Part shown: piece by piece, positions 49,756 through 62,094 of the stretch
How the letters are laid out: every line of letters begins with the position of its first letter
Position numbering within the stretch: position 1 is the first letter of the stretch
Assembly (NCBI RefSeq): GCF_020745735.1
Contig: NC_083409.1
Location: forward strand, 10,095,534-10,159,533
Length of the DNA stretch: 64,000 nt
Origin: Hemiscyllium ocellatum
Lineage: Eukaryota
Direction: 5' to 3'
Made by a program: the position numbers and the translations under genes
Notes under the pieces: model-generated
What the model saw: the letters and a program-made list of their open reading frames with translations, nothing else
What the model was told of the DNA's origin: nothing
Databases searched by the model: none

Positions 49756-50839
49756 TAAAAAGTGATATTTGTTAAAAATGATTTGGCGTGAGATGGCAGC
49801 GATTTCCCTTTACATAGTGAGGTGTTGTCAGCTGGAATCTTCAACCTAATGGGACAATAGCAGATACAATCATCACATCGCTTTCAAGTGCAGAAGGAGA
49901 GTGGAGAGTGCATAAATAACACAAAGATGTTTGGACAGTGGGGGAGGGAGACAGTGCTAAGGTGGATTTTTTAAATTCAGTGCTTTGGAAGAACATGCAA
50001 CCACTTCATGTTGCTATCGTCCCAGTCCTCAGAGAATGATCATCACTTTTAATAAAGTGGAGGATTCCTTCCAACCTTCCTCAGTTGATTAGTTGCACAA
50101 GTTATTTTCCCTGCTGATAATGGAATACAGGTTTATTCCTGATGACAGCTTCTATTGATGTATGCTCATCAACGGCCCATTTAACTAATGTGAACATAAC
50201 TTAGTGATTGCCGTGTGCAATTAATTATTAACTTGGAAATAATTCCAGACTTTATATAAGAAGCAGCCATACACCTGTGATCTCATTGTACTTCGGAGGA
50301 CCACATTGAAAGGTGTGGAAGTGACTTATCTCCAATCATAATTGAAAGGAACATTGAACACCACATAACTTGACATTCGCAAGTGTGTTGGGTGCTGGTG
50401 ATGTAGCAGTAACTTCATTGAGCCAGTCATCCGAAATCTATGTTTTGATTTTAAGAAACTATCTTAATGGCAACATCTTCCCTGTGGTAGATTGAATCAA
50501 ACTTACTGTTCATAATCTTCTTTGCCAGTAGCATGACTCGCTCTGGAGCAGAACGCATAAACATTATCTCCATCATGTTCACAGGACTGTCGTCTTTTCG
50601 GATGGGACACCTTAACCTTTTCTTGACTCCATGTAGAGTGAATGGAATTGGCTAAAGTCTGATATCTCTGATATCCAGGACCACTGGAGAAGACAAGATG
50701 CACCATCCACCTGGCTGAAAATGAGTATGAATGTTTAAAATGTGTCCTTTGCACTGGGTGCTGATCTCCTCGCTGTTGAGAAGTGTGGAAAATTATGGAG
50801 CAGTGTAATTGCCTACTGCCAGAGTGTGCGCAGAATCAT

Positions 50840-51720
50840 AGGTGTATATAGCATGTAAGCAGACCCTTTGGTCCAACTTGTCCATGCCGACAAGTTAACC
50901 GAGATTAGCCTAGTCTCATTTGCCAGTATTTGGCTCATATCCCTCTAAACCCTTCCTATTCATATCCCTATTCAGATGCTGTTTAAATGTAATTGTACCA
51001 GCCTCCACCCCTGCCTCTGGCAGCTTATTCCATACACGCACCACCCTCTGCAAGAAAATATTGCCCCTTATATCCACTAGAAATCTTTCCCCTCAACCTA
51101 AAACATATGCCCTCTAGTTTTGGACTCCCCTAACCTTAGCTATTCACTTTAAGCATGCCCCTCATGATTGGTCACCCCTCAGCCTCCGATGCTCCCAAGG
51201 AAAATAAAACTCAGCCTATTCAGCCGTTTCTTATAGTTCCAACCTCCAATGCTGGCAATATCCTTTTAACTCTTTTCTGCGCTTTTTTTATGTTGAACAA
51301 AGTCTTTCCTATGGCAGAGAGACCAAAATTAAATGCAGTTTTCTAAAAGTGGCTTTACCAAATTTCGATACAACCTCAACATGGCATTTCAACTCCGAAA
51401 CTGAATCCAATGACAAAAGAAGGCAAGTGTGCCTAATGCCTTCTTTGCTATCCTGTCTACCTGTGATTCCATTTCAAGGAATGATGAACCTGCACTCCGA
51501 GGTCTCTTTGTTCAGCAGCACCACCCAGGACCTACCATTAAGTGTATAAGTCCCTGTCTGATTTGTCTTTCCAAAATGCAACACCTCACATTTATCTATA
51601 TTAAACTCATCTGCCATTCTTTGACCAATCTGATCGAAGTCCCATTGTACTCTGAGATAACCTTCTTCACTGTCCACTGTACTATCAACTCTGGTGTCAT
51701 CTGCAAACCATTTGAAATCT
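50840..51720 (-). mobile_element. CR1 LINE 3' fragment
   Basis: DSEEGYLRVQWDFDQIG..FNIDKCEVLHFGKTN (51474-51677). Confidence 0.8.
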
Positions 51721-52130
51721 GTTGAAGAGCTAATCTTCTATCGGTGGGTTTGAGCAGTTCTTGCTGCTATGTAGCTACATATACTGCTGGGCAGGCACTT
51801 TGTCCTGTTGGATCATTGTCGGGTAAATCTCACATTTACACGTGAGCCTCCTGCTGTTTCTGCTCTGCCATCCAGCATGCTGCATTGATTCAGCATTGAT
51901 CTGCTGACTTGGTGCTCATATTAGAATGTGGAATATGTCATGATATGGATTTACAAGTGGTGATTGTGTAGGATTCTGCTTCTACTAATGTCCTACACTG
52001 CTCACATAATCTTTACAGAATCTGCCATATTCAGCTCTTTGGTGTGAAATGTTCAGATTCTTCCTTCAACCTTATCAGATTCTTCAGATGCTAAATGGAT
52101 AGCTCATCAGGCTAAATGTTCAGATTCTTC

Positions 52131-53461
52131 CTACAACCTTATCTCCTTAAGTCTTCCACACAGCCAACCAGCTTACTGATACACCAACCATCCACCAACC
52201 TGCTTGATGAACTCCATCTACTTCCTTGATTCCCAATTCAACTCACCCACCTCACAGATCATCTCCACATTCCCATCATTATCACTTGCACACACAATCA
52301 CCCAACTGCTTACACATTCACCAAGTAGTCACACACCACACCAGAAAATCCTCAACATTGCGTTTGGATGGATTTTGAGAGGATTTGTAGCTCAGGTTGA
52401 GGTCCTGGATATACATTTTCTCACTGAGTTGGAAGGTTCGTTTTCAGACCTCTTGTCACCATACTAGGTAATATCATCAGTGAGTCTCTGGTGAAACACT
52501 GGTGGTATGGCCCGCTTTTTATTTGTTTCAGTTTCCTTGGGCTGGTGATGTTATTTCTTGTGGTGATATCATTTCCTATGGTAATGTCATTTCCACTTTC
52601 TCAGGGGTTGGTAAATGGAAATCCAAATCAATGTGTTTGTTGGTAGAGTTCCAGTTGGATTGCCATGCTTCCAGGAATTCTCATGCGTGCCTTTGTTTGA
52701 CTTGTCCTAGGAAGGATGTGTTGTCCCATTCGAAGTCCTTCTTCATCTGTATGTAAAGATACTAGTGAGATGGATATTTTTCTTCTGGGATTAAACAATG
52801 CTTCACATCGGTCTCAGTAATCCAATCAAGGAACACAGCATTATTTGGCAGAGGAAACTCTCAGCCCAGCCATAAAGCATGTTTCTGATGGACGTCCAAA
52901 TAATCAAATCAGCTCACCTTATAATAATATACTCTATTTGGAACTCGGCATGGCCCAGGATATCCAAAATATTTGACCATGATATAGGAGACAACACTTC
53001 CAAATTCAACAACTGCCTGGTGCTATGGATGTCAATACACTGCTAATTTTCCAGGATAAGAAATTATTCCTTGTTCTCACATGGCTCAGCAGATCTGAGA
53101 TCCTCACACTTGATCCACTCATTGAACAGACCCTTGTGGCCCCAGACTTATATCCGAATACCTCACTTCCAGTGGCTATCTGACCAGACCACAGGACCTA
53201 ATCTTCTCGGCTCCTAACTTCTGAACTAATACAAATTTTGAACTAAGATTCATTCATCAGGCTACAACCTTATCTCCTTAAGTCTTCCGCACAGCAAACC
53301 AGCTTACTGATACACCAACCATCCACCAACCTGCTTGATGGACTCCATCCACTTCCTTGATTCCCAATTCAACTCACACACCTCACAGACCCTCTCCACA
53401 TTCCCATCATTATCACTTGCACACACAATCACCCAACAGCTTACACATTCACCAAGTAGTC
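52131..53461 (+). repeat. 200-bp direct repeats (52131-52330 and 53262-53461) flanking ~930 bp
   Basis: ctacaaccttatctccttaagtcttcc...ccaagtagtc occurs twice with few substitutions. Confidence 0.9.
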
Positions 53462-54542
53462 TAATCCATGTTGTAACATTGAAACTCCAATGTGAAGACA
53501 TTGGGCAAATGGCAGCACATGCATCCAATGTGGGCTTGTTCTGCCTTCTAATAATTCTGTTCCACTGTTAGAGTGGCACGATGGAAGGCACGCTGTCCAA
53601 GTCTGAAACACCTGGCATGCAGAGTTCTGTGTGAAATTCTGAGCAGTGTTCTGCACAGTGGCTTTTACAGGTATAGCAAGCTGGAAAGCATTGCATAATA
53701 ACAGGAAATACAATTTAAGGCTGTTAATTCTGTAAACTATAAAATGAATTTGTAAGAGCAAAATTTTGAAACAAATTAGATTGTGATAAGATAGAGAGTT
53801 CCCTCAATGTTATCAAAGCATTAGGATTGTTCAGCTGCATTAAGCAGAATTAATTATAAATGCAGTCTGGGTAATTAGCAGAAGGACGTGAGAAATCTCA
53901 CAAATTATGAATACCTTTGGCAATTCCAACTTACAGACTTCGGGAGATAAGGGACTCTGATATTAGAAAAAGTAATTTCATCCAAAGGAAAAATGTATGA
54001 AGTCAGTAGTGGAGTAACTTACACAATAGGGCAGGGCAAATTGAGAGATCTGATAAATGTTAGGAGAATGGAGAAAGGACCTCCATAAATGAAGCATCAA
54101 CACAAATCAGGGATTTGTGTGATTGGATGAATGCAAATATCTCAGAGGTTTGTGAGCTGGGGAAATTTACAAGTCTGGTTTAGTATCTGAAAGACTGCTG
54201 GAAAGCTAGACGTTGGCCAAATGCAGCAGGACAACACGTGTGAGAAAAGCTAGCAACACCACTTCTGCAGAGTAGCTGCTGTACATCTAGATTTCACTTT
54301 GTTTTACAGATACCAATTTTCTAAATAACGTCAGCTTGTTATTTTGTTTCAGTCTGATGTAATGAATAATGTTTACCTCCATATATTTGTTAAACGACTG
54401 AAACTAATTATAATGATGATTCATCTTTTTGGACTCCCTGGAGGTTGGATGCCTACATAAATATAGATTTGCTTTCATTGGCTCAGTTGTGCATCCATCA
54501 GATTCATCTAACTCGAGCACAAATCACTCATTCTCACAGAAA

Positions 54543-55913
54543 ATGGGGAAGCCAACTATTCTGCTGGTGAAAGAGATTTACTATCCAATTCTCACAGCAA
54601 TTGCGCTTCCTGGTGAGTCGTTGACAGTGTTTGTTGTTGATCAATGTTGACTGTCTCCTTGTTCATACCATTTTAGATCAGGTAACTTGTTTTTCTGATA
54701 CCAGCAATCTGCAATGGATATTCTCTGCAACAAGTCCATCAATTTTCAATTTCCATTTTATCAATTTTTCACCTTCTGAAGATTTTTTTTGATAGAATGT
54801 ACCTTGCTGGTTTTGTACAGTAGATTATTTGACTCTTCATTCTGTACAGAGCGAGCTCTGGAGCTGCTCATTAAATACTTTCCTGTTTTGATAGCCCAAC
54901 ATAATGGTTTTAAATGCGCTCAGCAAATTTATTGAATGCAACCCAATACTCGAATATTATGTACCTCTGTCTGTCTCTCTTTTACAGCAAACTTGATGAC
55001 CATTGTGATTCTGTCACGAGGAAACTGTGGTCTTTCAAAGTGTATTTCTGTCTACATGATGGCCATGGCAACAACAGACCTTCTTGTTATTATCTTCTAT
55101 GTAAAAGTGCATTATATCTTCAATTATCACTTTCCATTTTCAATCCTGTCCCAAACATCTTGGTGCACAGGCATTATATATTCCAGTGGTGTCAGTATAG
55201 ATTTATCTGTCTGGTTCAATGTCTCCTTCGCATTTGACAGATTTGTTGTGATCTGCTGCCAGAAGTTTAAAACAAAGTATTGCACGAAGAGAACTGCAAT
55301 TATCATTGTAACAACCTTCTCTTTCCTGATGGTGTTGAAGAATATTCCACTTCTATTTGCTTATGAACCTCAATACATTATCAACAAGGTGCAGTGGGGC
55401 TGTCGAGCAAGTGTGTCTTTCTTTTCATCTTCTGCAGGTACAGGATACCTCTGGTTCTACAGCGCCTGGCTTGCCTGGCTTCCTTTCACTTTGATTGCCA
55501 TGTTCAATTCTTTAACTATTCAACGTATTGTAATGGCCAATCGAGCCCGTGCCAGACTCCAGGGTCACAAAAGTGAGGATCATATCAATTCAGAGACAGA
55601 GAGCCGACGGAAATCTATCATTCTACTGTTCTCTGTATCAGTTGGTTTTATATTGCTTTGGTTAACCAATTCAGTGACTTTAGCGATTACCAAAATTGCA
55701 AATCCCAATCATTATGAAGGTGGCTTCACAAACCCAAATTATATTGCCATGGAAACTGGAGAGTTTCTGAAGCTGCTGAGTTCCTTTCTCAACCCATGTA
55801 TTTATGCAGCAACTCAGAACAAATTCAAAGAGGAACTGAAGGTTCTTTTGAAATCTCCATGGAAAATAATTAAGAGATTACTTGAAAAATGTCAATATGA
55901 AGAATCATTTTGA
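54543..55913 (+). CDS. Class A GPCR of the GPR139/GPR142-like group, two exons (54543-54612 and 54988-55913; 331 aa)
   Basis: Exon 1 MGKPTILLVKEIYYPILTAIALP+G, GTGAGT donor at 54613; tttacAG acceptor at 54986-54987; 70+926=996 nt, in frame; seven hydrophobic segments, ATTDLL (TM2), FDRF (DRY-like), NPCIY (NPxxY); TGA 55911-55913. Confidence 0.88.
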
Positions 55914-57099
55914 ATTAAAATCTGTTTTCTTGTTAAATTTCAACCCCACCTTCTTCTTATGGAAACCTCAATTTCACGTGTCAGTTTAGGTGGATTGGTT
56001 ATGCTAAATTGTTCCATAGTGCCTAGGGATGTGCAGGCTTGATGGATTAGTCACAATAAATGCAGGGTTACCAGGATAGTGTGGGGCCTGAGTGGGATGC
56101 CCTTAGAAGGTCAGTGCAGAATTCAATTGGTTGATAAGCCTCGCTCAGCTCTGTTGGGATTCCATGATTCTTTGTCAGAAATATGGACAACAAAGGTATC
56201 CACTGCTCATGCTGGGATTGGAGGCACCAACCTAACATCATCAATCAAGATTCCCTGGATGCCACAAATGCTTTCTGCTTGCTGATCTCAATGATTCTTC
56301 TGAAGGTTTGTCGTGAATATTGCTGGGGAGCAATTTGCAAATTGATACAGATCTTCAATGCAGGATTATTTGAAAAAAATTTTAAGATAAAGTCAACCTA
56401 AACAATTAATTGAACAGAATGCAATTTGGTAGATTCCAAAACACACTATAAAATACCATCCCATCTAATTTCAATACCATCAGTTAACGATATTACAATA
56501 CCAGAGAGAGTTCCAATGTCTATCACATCTTTAGGTTTGAATTAAGTGTTGCTTTAAGTTCTAGACCTTACAATTTGATAGCTTCTTCCTCCATTAGATA
56601 CAGAACTAACCTCAAACGTTTTTAACTTCAAATAATCAATCTGGTGTCCTAACCAAACACTTCAGGACTGGAATTTCCAATTATTTCCCAATATTCGGAA
56701 CTATCTCCTTACTTCAGCTTAAATTGTGTTCTTAACATCTAACTTCAATCAGGACTTCCACCAATTGCAGTAAGAACCATTTCAATCCACTGGGTTTTTC
56801 ACCCTGAGAAGAAAAAAGCTAATTCCTGATTCTCCTCAATTAAAAGCAAGTTACTGCTTTTCAATCTGTACTCTGATCACAAAACTTTCATACATCACTC
56901 CAAAACCTTTGCTTTCTCATCTGAAAATTGCAAAATAAATACTTGGTCGGAAAAGGCTGCAAGGTTGATCATGAAATTCCCTCATATACAAAGAACAAAA
57001 CTCTCATGTCACTCATTCAAAGACCATTGTTTCTGCTTTGTCTGTCACGTTGAATGTATCGTTTTTCATAAAATGCCATTCTGTTTGGTATTACGTTCC

Positions 57100-57725
57100 A
57101 GCGAAGTGTTTTAGATAAGTGGTAACTGTTAGATTTTTTTTAAGAATGAAGTTTCAAGTTTGGACTTTCATGTTTTTGCTAAACTGAATATTCAAATATT
57201 ATCTAAATGTATTGAAGAATCTTTATTTTCTGATAGGTTTTTACTCATGAAAAGTTTATTTGTGTGAATGGGGTGAATTTGTACTTGCAGAGTTACATTG
57301 TACTTTGCTCAAAAACTGCATGAATCCATGTAAGACTCTGTTAACTCAGTTTTTAGATTAAAATCAGTCTAAACATTATGGCACAGACAAGGGACACAGG
57401 GGGCTAACACCTTCAACATATTATCTGGCTGACAGAAATTGTTACAGTTAACCTCGGAATGTAACTTTTAAAACATATTTTGTGATTTACGTATGAAGGA
57501 AGTGAAACTATCATGGTCATTCTAACAGAAGAAAGACTCAACAAAAAATCAAGGTATTTTTCAATGTATAATTTCAGTTACACCACACTGTAAACTTTTG
57601 CTATAAATTCTGTGTCTTACAATTGTGTACTCCACAACCACCTGATGAAGGAGTGGCCCTCTGAAAGCTAATGCTTCCAATTAAACCTGTTGGGCTATAA
57701 CCTGGTGTTGTGCGATTTTTAATTT
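57100..57725 (+). mobile_element. Penelope-like 3' terminal region with hammerhead-like motif
   Basis: CTGATGA-AGGAGTGGCCCTCT-GAAAGCTA at 57642-57670, followed by the ctataacctggtgttgtg tail shared with 9077-9278. Confidence 0.6.
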
Positions 57726-58739
57726 GGTGTATAAGAGGAGTGAAGTCTCCATTCAACGTCACAAGTTGCTGATGGGCCCGCATCTGGAGTACTGGGAGCA
57801 GTTTTGGTCCCCTTATTTAAGGGCATACATTATTTCATTAGAGGCATTAGGAAAGTCTCTGACCACAGAGCATAGTCTCAGAATAAAGGGTTGCCAATTT
57901 AAGACTGAGATAAGGAGGAATTTATTCTCTCAGAGTCTTGTGAGTCTTTGGAAATTCTTACCACATAGAGCTGAGGGGAGAGCCCTTGTGTATATTTCAT
58001 GCTGAGATAGAGTCTTGTTCAGTAGAAGATTCAAGGGTGACAGGAAAGTGGACATGAGGAATATTGGATTATCCATGATCCTACTAAATGGTGCAGATGG
58101 CTTGGCTTGAGGGGCTGAATGGGTTTTACTCTTATTCCTATTTCTTATTGTCTTGTGGTCTTTTACATTGTTTTTAATCTTGTTGCTCTATTAGGGCACA
58201 GTTGTTCAAATTATTCTACCTGCCACTATCCACACTCTTTTTGCAATTACTGTCTGCTCTCTTGGTGCATTGTTCAGAATGAAGCCATTCACCTCCATCC
58301 ATTTTCTTTTAAACTTTTGGTATTGTCTCCAGAATGAAGTGACTCCACTTTCACCTGTCTAATATGATCACAGGTGGAATGCCTCGAATAGTGTTGAGGT
58401 CCTTACCTAAGGAAAGATCTTTTCAATTGGATGCAGTTCAGTGGAGTGTCTAGGTTGGTACCAGGGATGGAGGGATTGTCTTATGAGGAGAGGTTGAGTA
58501 GGTAGTGCTTGTGTTCATTGGAATACAGAAGGATATTGAACCATGAAAGAGTTTTAGTGGATGTTGGGGTAGATGGGATGAATACTGAGAGTCTTGGATA
58601 CAGTGGATGTGCAGAAGATGTTTCCACTACTAGGAGAGGCTAGGACATGAGGCCAGAGTCTCAGATTTAATGTAGGAATAGGATGGGAAGGACTAATGCC
58701 GTAGCACATAAGTTTGGCACAGGGAATACTGTTTCTGCT

Positions 58740-60510
58740 CAACATGTAGATAAGCCGACTAGAGGGGATGCCATATTGGATTTGGTCGTTGACAATGGGC
58801 CAGGTTAGATGTCAGATCTCCCAATGGGAGAGCATTTTGGTGATAGTGATCACAACTCCCTGAACTTTACTATAGTCATCGGATTGGAACAAACATTATG
58901 GGAAAATATTGCAGCATTGCAATTCCTCCTTTCCGAAATAACTGCTATTAGGCAGGAACTGTGGAGCATAAATCGAGAGCAGATATTATCAGGGAAATGC
59001 ATGACCGAAATGTGGAGGTAGTTTAGGGAGCATTTTCTGTGAGTACTGGGTAAGTTTGTCCCACTGAGGCAAGGAAGGAATGGTCAGGTTAATGAATCTT
59101 GGATGATATGATATATAAAATATCTAGTCAAGAGGAAGAAGGAAGCTTACTTAGTTTTGAGGAAACAAGGATCGACTGGGCTCTATAGGGTTACAACATA
59201 GCCAGGAAGAAGCTGAAGAATGCACAGAGGAGAGGTAGAAGGGAGCATAAAAAGCCTTGGAGGGTAGAATTAAAGAAAACCCCAAGGTATTCTTCACTTA
59301 TGTAAGGAAAAAGAGGATGGCCAGAGTGAGGGTAGAGCTGATTAGGAACCTCGAGTCTGAGGAGGTAAGGAAGGTCCTTAATGAATACTTTATCTCAATA
59401 TCCAGGAGTGAGAGGGACCTTGTTGTTTGTGAGGACAGCGTGAAACAGGCTGATAGGCTCGAACAGATTGATGTTAAGAAGGAAGATGTGCTGAAATCTT
59501 GAAAAATGTGAGTATAGGTAAGTTCCCTGGGCCAGATGGGCTATACCCAAAGTTACTGTGGGGAAGCGAGGGAAGAGATTTCTGCAACTTTAACGATGAT
59601 CTTTGTGTCCTCACCGGTCACTAGATTAGTATCAGATGATTGGAGAGTGCCAAATGTTATTCCCTTGATCAAGAAAGGGAATGGATAACCCTGGGAATTA
59701 CAGACCCGTCAGTCTTATGTTGGTGGTGGGCAAATTATTGGAGAGGATTCTGAAAGACAGATTTTATGATTATTTGGAAAAGCATAATTTGATTAGAGAT
59801 CATCAGTATGGCTTTGTGAGGGGCAGGTCAGGCCTCTCAAGCCTGATAAATTCTTTGAGGATATGGCAAAACACATTGCTGAAGATGGAGCAGTGAATGT
59901 GGTGTATATGGATTTTAGCAAGGTTTTTGTAAAGGTTCCCCATAGTAGGCTCATTCCGAAATTAAGGAGACAGGATACAGGGAGATTTGACTGTCCGGAT
60001 ACAGAATTAGCTGGCCCATGGAAGACAGAGGATGGCAGTATACTGAAAGTATCCAGCCTGGAGCTCGGTGACCATTGATGATAAACAGGGATCTGTTCTG
60101 GGACCTCTGCTCTTTGTAATTTTTAAAAATGACTTGGATGAGGATGAAAAATAACTTGATAGAGGTGTACAAATTGGGAGGCATAGACAGAGTGGATAGC
60201 CAGAGACTTTTTCTCTGGGTGGTAATGGCTATCACGAGGGGGCATAATTTTTAAGTAATTGGAGGAAGGTTTAGGGGAGATGCCAGAAATAGATCCTTTA
60301 CACAGAGAGTGGTGGGTACGTGGAATGTACAGCCAGCAGTGGTAGTAGAGTCAGATACATTCGGGACATTTAAGTGACTCTTGGATAGGCACATGGATGA
60401 TCGTAAAATGAATGATTATGCAGGTTAGTTTAATCTCAGAGCTGGATAAAATGGCAGCACAACATTAAGGGCCAAAGGACTCGCACTATGCTGTACTGTT
60501 CTATGTTCTG
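58740..60510 (+). mobile_element. CR1 ORF2 fragment with 3' UTR
   Basis: HFGDSDHNSL, IKENPKVFFTYV, GNYRPVSL..QYGFVRGRS, YMDFSKVF, tail ctgttctatgttct. Confidence 0.85.
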
Positions 60511-60520
60511 ATAAAACTAT

Positions 60521-61810
60521 ACCCCTATAGACTTAATCCTTTCAAAGCAGTATATTTCAAAAGGAAGTGGAAGCGATGCTCCAAGAAGACAGCATAGGGC
60601 CAAGTCAAAGTGAGTGGAGTTTGCCAATCATGTTGGTTCTAAAGCCTGATAGTACTCAATGATTCTGCATGGATTATCAAAAATGCAACACTGTGACCAA
60701 ATCTGATTCATGCCCTAATCCAAGGCTATAGGATTGCGTGGAAAATGTGGAACAAGCCACTTACATCACAGAGTTGGACTTCATGTTCCTGGCAAGTACC
60801 ATTGTTATAGAAAGCAAAAGATGTTTCTGTTTCTGTGAACCCAAATGTGCTATATCAATTTAGCATAATGCTTTTTGGAATGAAAAATGCACCAGCCACT
60901 TTTCAAAGGCTTATGAACAGAGTTTTTACAAGATGACTAATTGTGCTGTCGACATAGATGATTTAGTGATCTTTAGTCATTCATCGAAAAAACACATGGT
61001 GAATTTGGCAGAGCACTTTGAAGACTACGGAAGATAAAATTAGGTGATCAACTTGTCAAAAACTAAGTTTGCGAAGGCAGAAATGACATTCTTAGGTCAC
61101 AACATCGGACACAGATGAATGATGCTGAGGAACGTGAAGATGAACGCTATCAAGGAACTTCTAAGACCGTCCTTGAAGTTGCAAGTGCTACGATTTTCAG
61201 GACTCATTGGATTCTACAGGAAATGTATGTCAAACTTTAGTGGCACTGTTCACAGATTTGCAGAAAAAGAACACAAAGATTCGGTGGACCGAACAATGCC
61301 AGGAGGTATTTGAGAATTTAAAAACAGTTAAACACCACACCAGTATTAGCCATGCCAAATTTCATGAAACTCTTTAAAGTCACAATGGTCACAAGCGATG
61401 TAGGTGTTGTCACAGGATGATGAGTGTGGAATTGAAAGGCAAGTTGGTTATTTTTACAAAAAAAATTCAATAATCACCAGAAAAAAATATTCCACCACTC
61501 AAAAAGAGTTGTTGACTTTGGTAATGGCCTTCCAACACGTTAATGTGTATGTTGCAAATAATGCATCAGAAATCATTATATATATTGACTGCAATCTTTG
61601 ATATTTTTGTAAAGGTTTCAGGACATGAACACTAGATTGTTTTGTTGGGGTTTCGTGCCACAAGCATTTAATTTACACATTGTATATGCTGCAGGTCATG
61701 AAAATGTGAAGCTATGAATCTAGTAAAATGATGGAGTTAAGGTTTTAAAAGAGAAAAAGACATCTTTTCATAATGTTAGCTCATTTATTCCTTAAGGGGG
61801 GAGGCGTGGT
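60521..61810 (+). mobile_element. Ty3/Gypsy (probably Gmr1-like) RT-RNase H remnant with PPT
   Basis: PYRLNP at ~60523, FGMKNAPATFQRLMN, DIDDLVIFS, LLRPSLKLQVLRFSGLIGFYRK, SQDDECGIERQVGYF..YSTTQKELL; PPT AAGGGGGGAGG 61794-61804 followed by TG at 61807. Confidence 0.78.
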
Positions 61811-62094
61811 GAAGTTGGTATGTGTAAAATTCCAAAATTGTAAAATGGGGAGAACATTGCTTGGTCCCTATAAAAGATGATGTCTTTTCTGATGGGTGGA
61901 GGTGGGGATGAAGGTGATAGGTCAGAGAGGAGGGTGGAGTGGATAGGTGGCAAGGTTGGACAGGTCATGAGGTTGGTGCTGAGTTGGCACGTTGGAACTA
62001 GGGAAAGGTGGGAGGAGGAGGAATGAGGAAACTGGTGAAGTCAGTGCATCTGTCTGTCCCAGCTCTCTGAATGAGCGATTCATTGAGTGCCATT

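Noticed and set aside
52165-52260. - strand LNWESRK*MEFIKQVGGW resembling Bcl-2 BH1/BH2 motifs
   Set aside because: GT-rich low-complexity duplicated sequence with an in-frame stop, on the opposite strand to the 30.7 kb exons and with no spacer helices; likely chance.
56400-57060. Possible LTR-retrotransposon gag or LTR remnant on the - strand
   Set aside because: Too many stops and no diagnostic motif I could confirm by eye.
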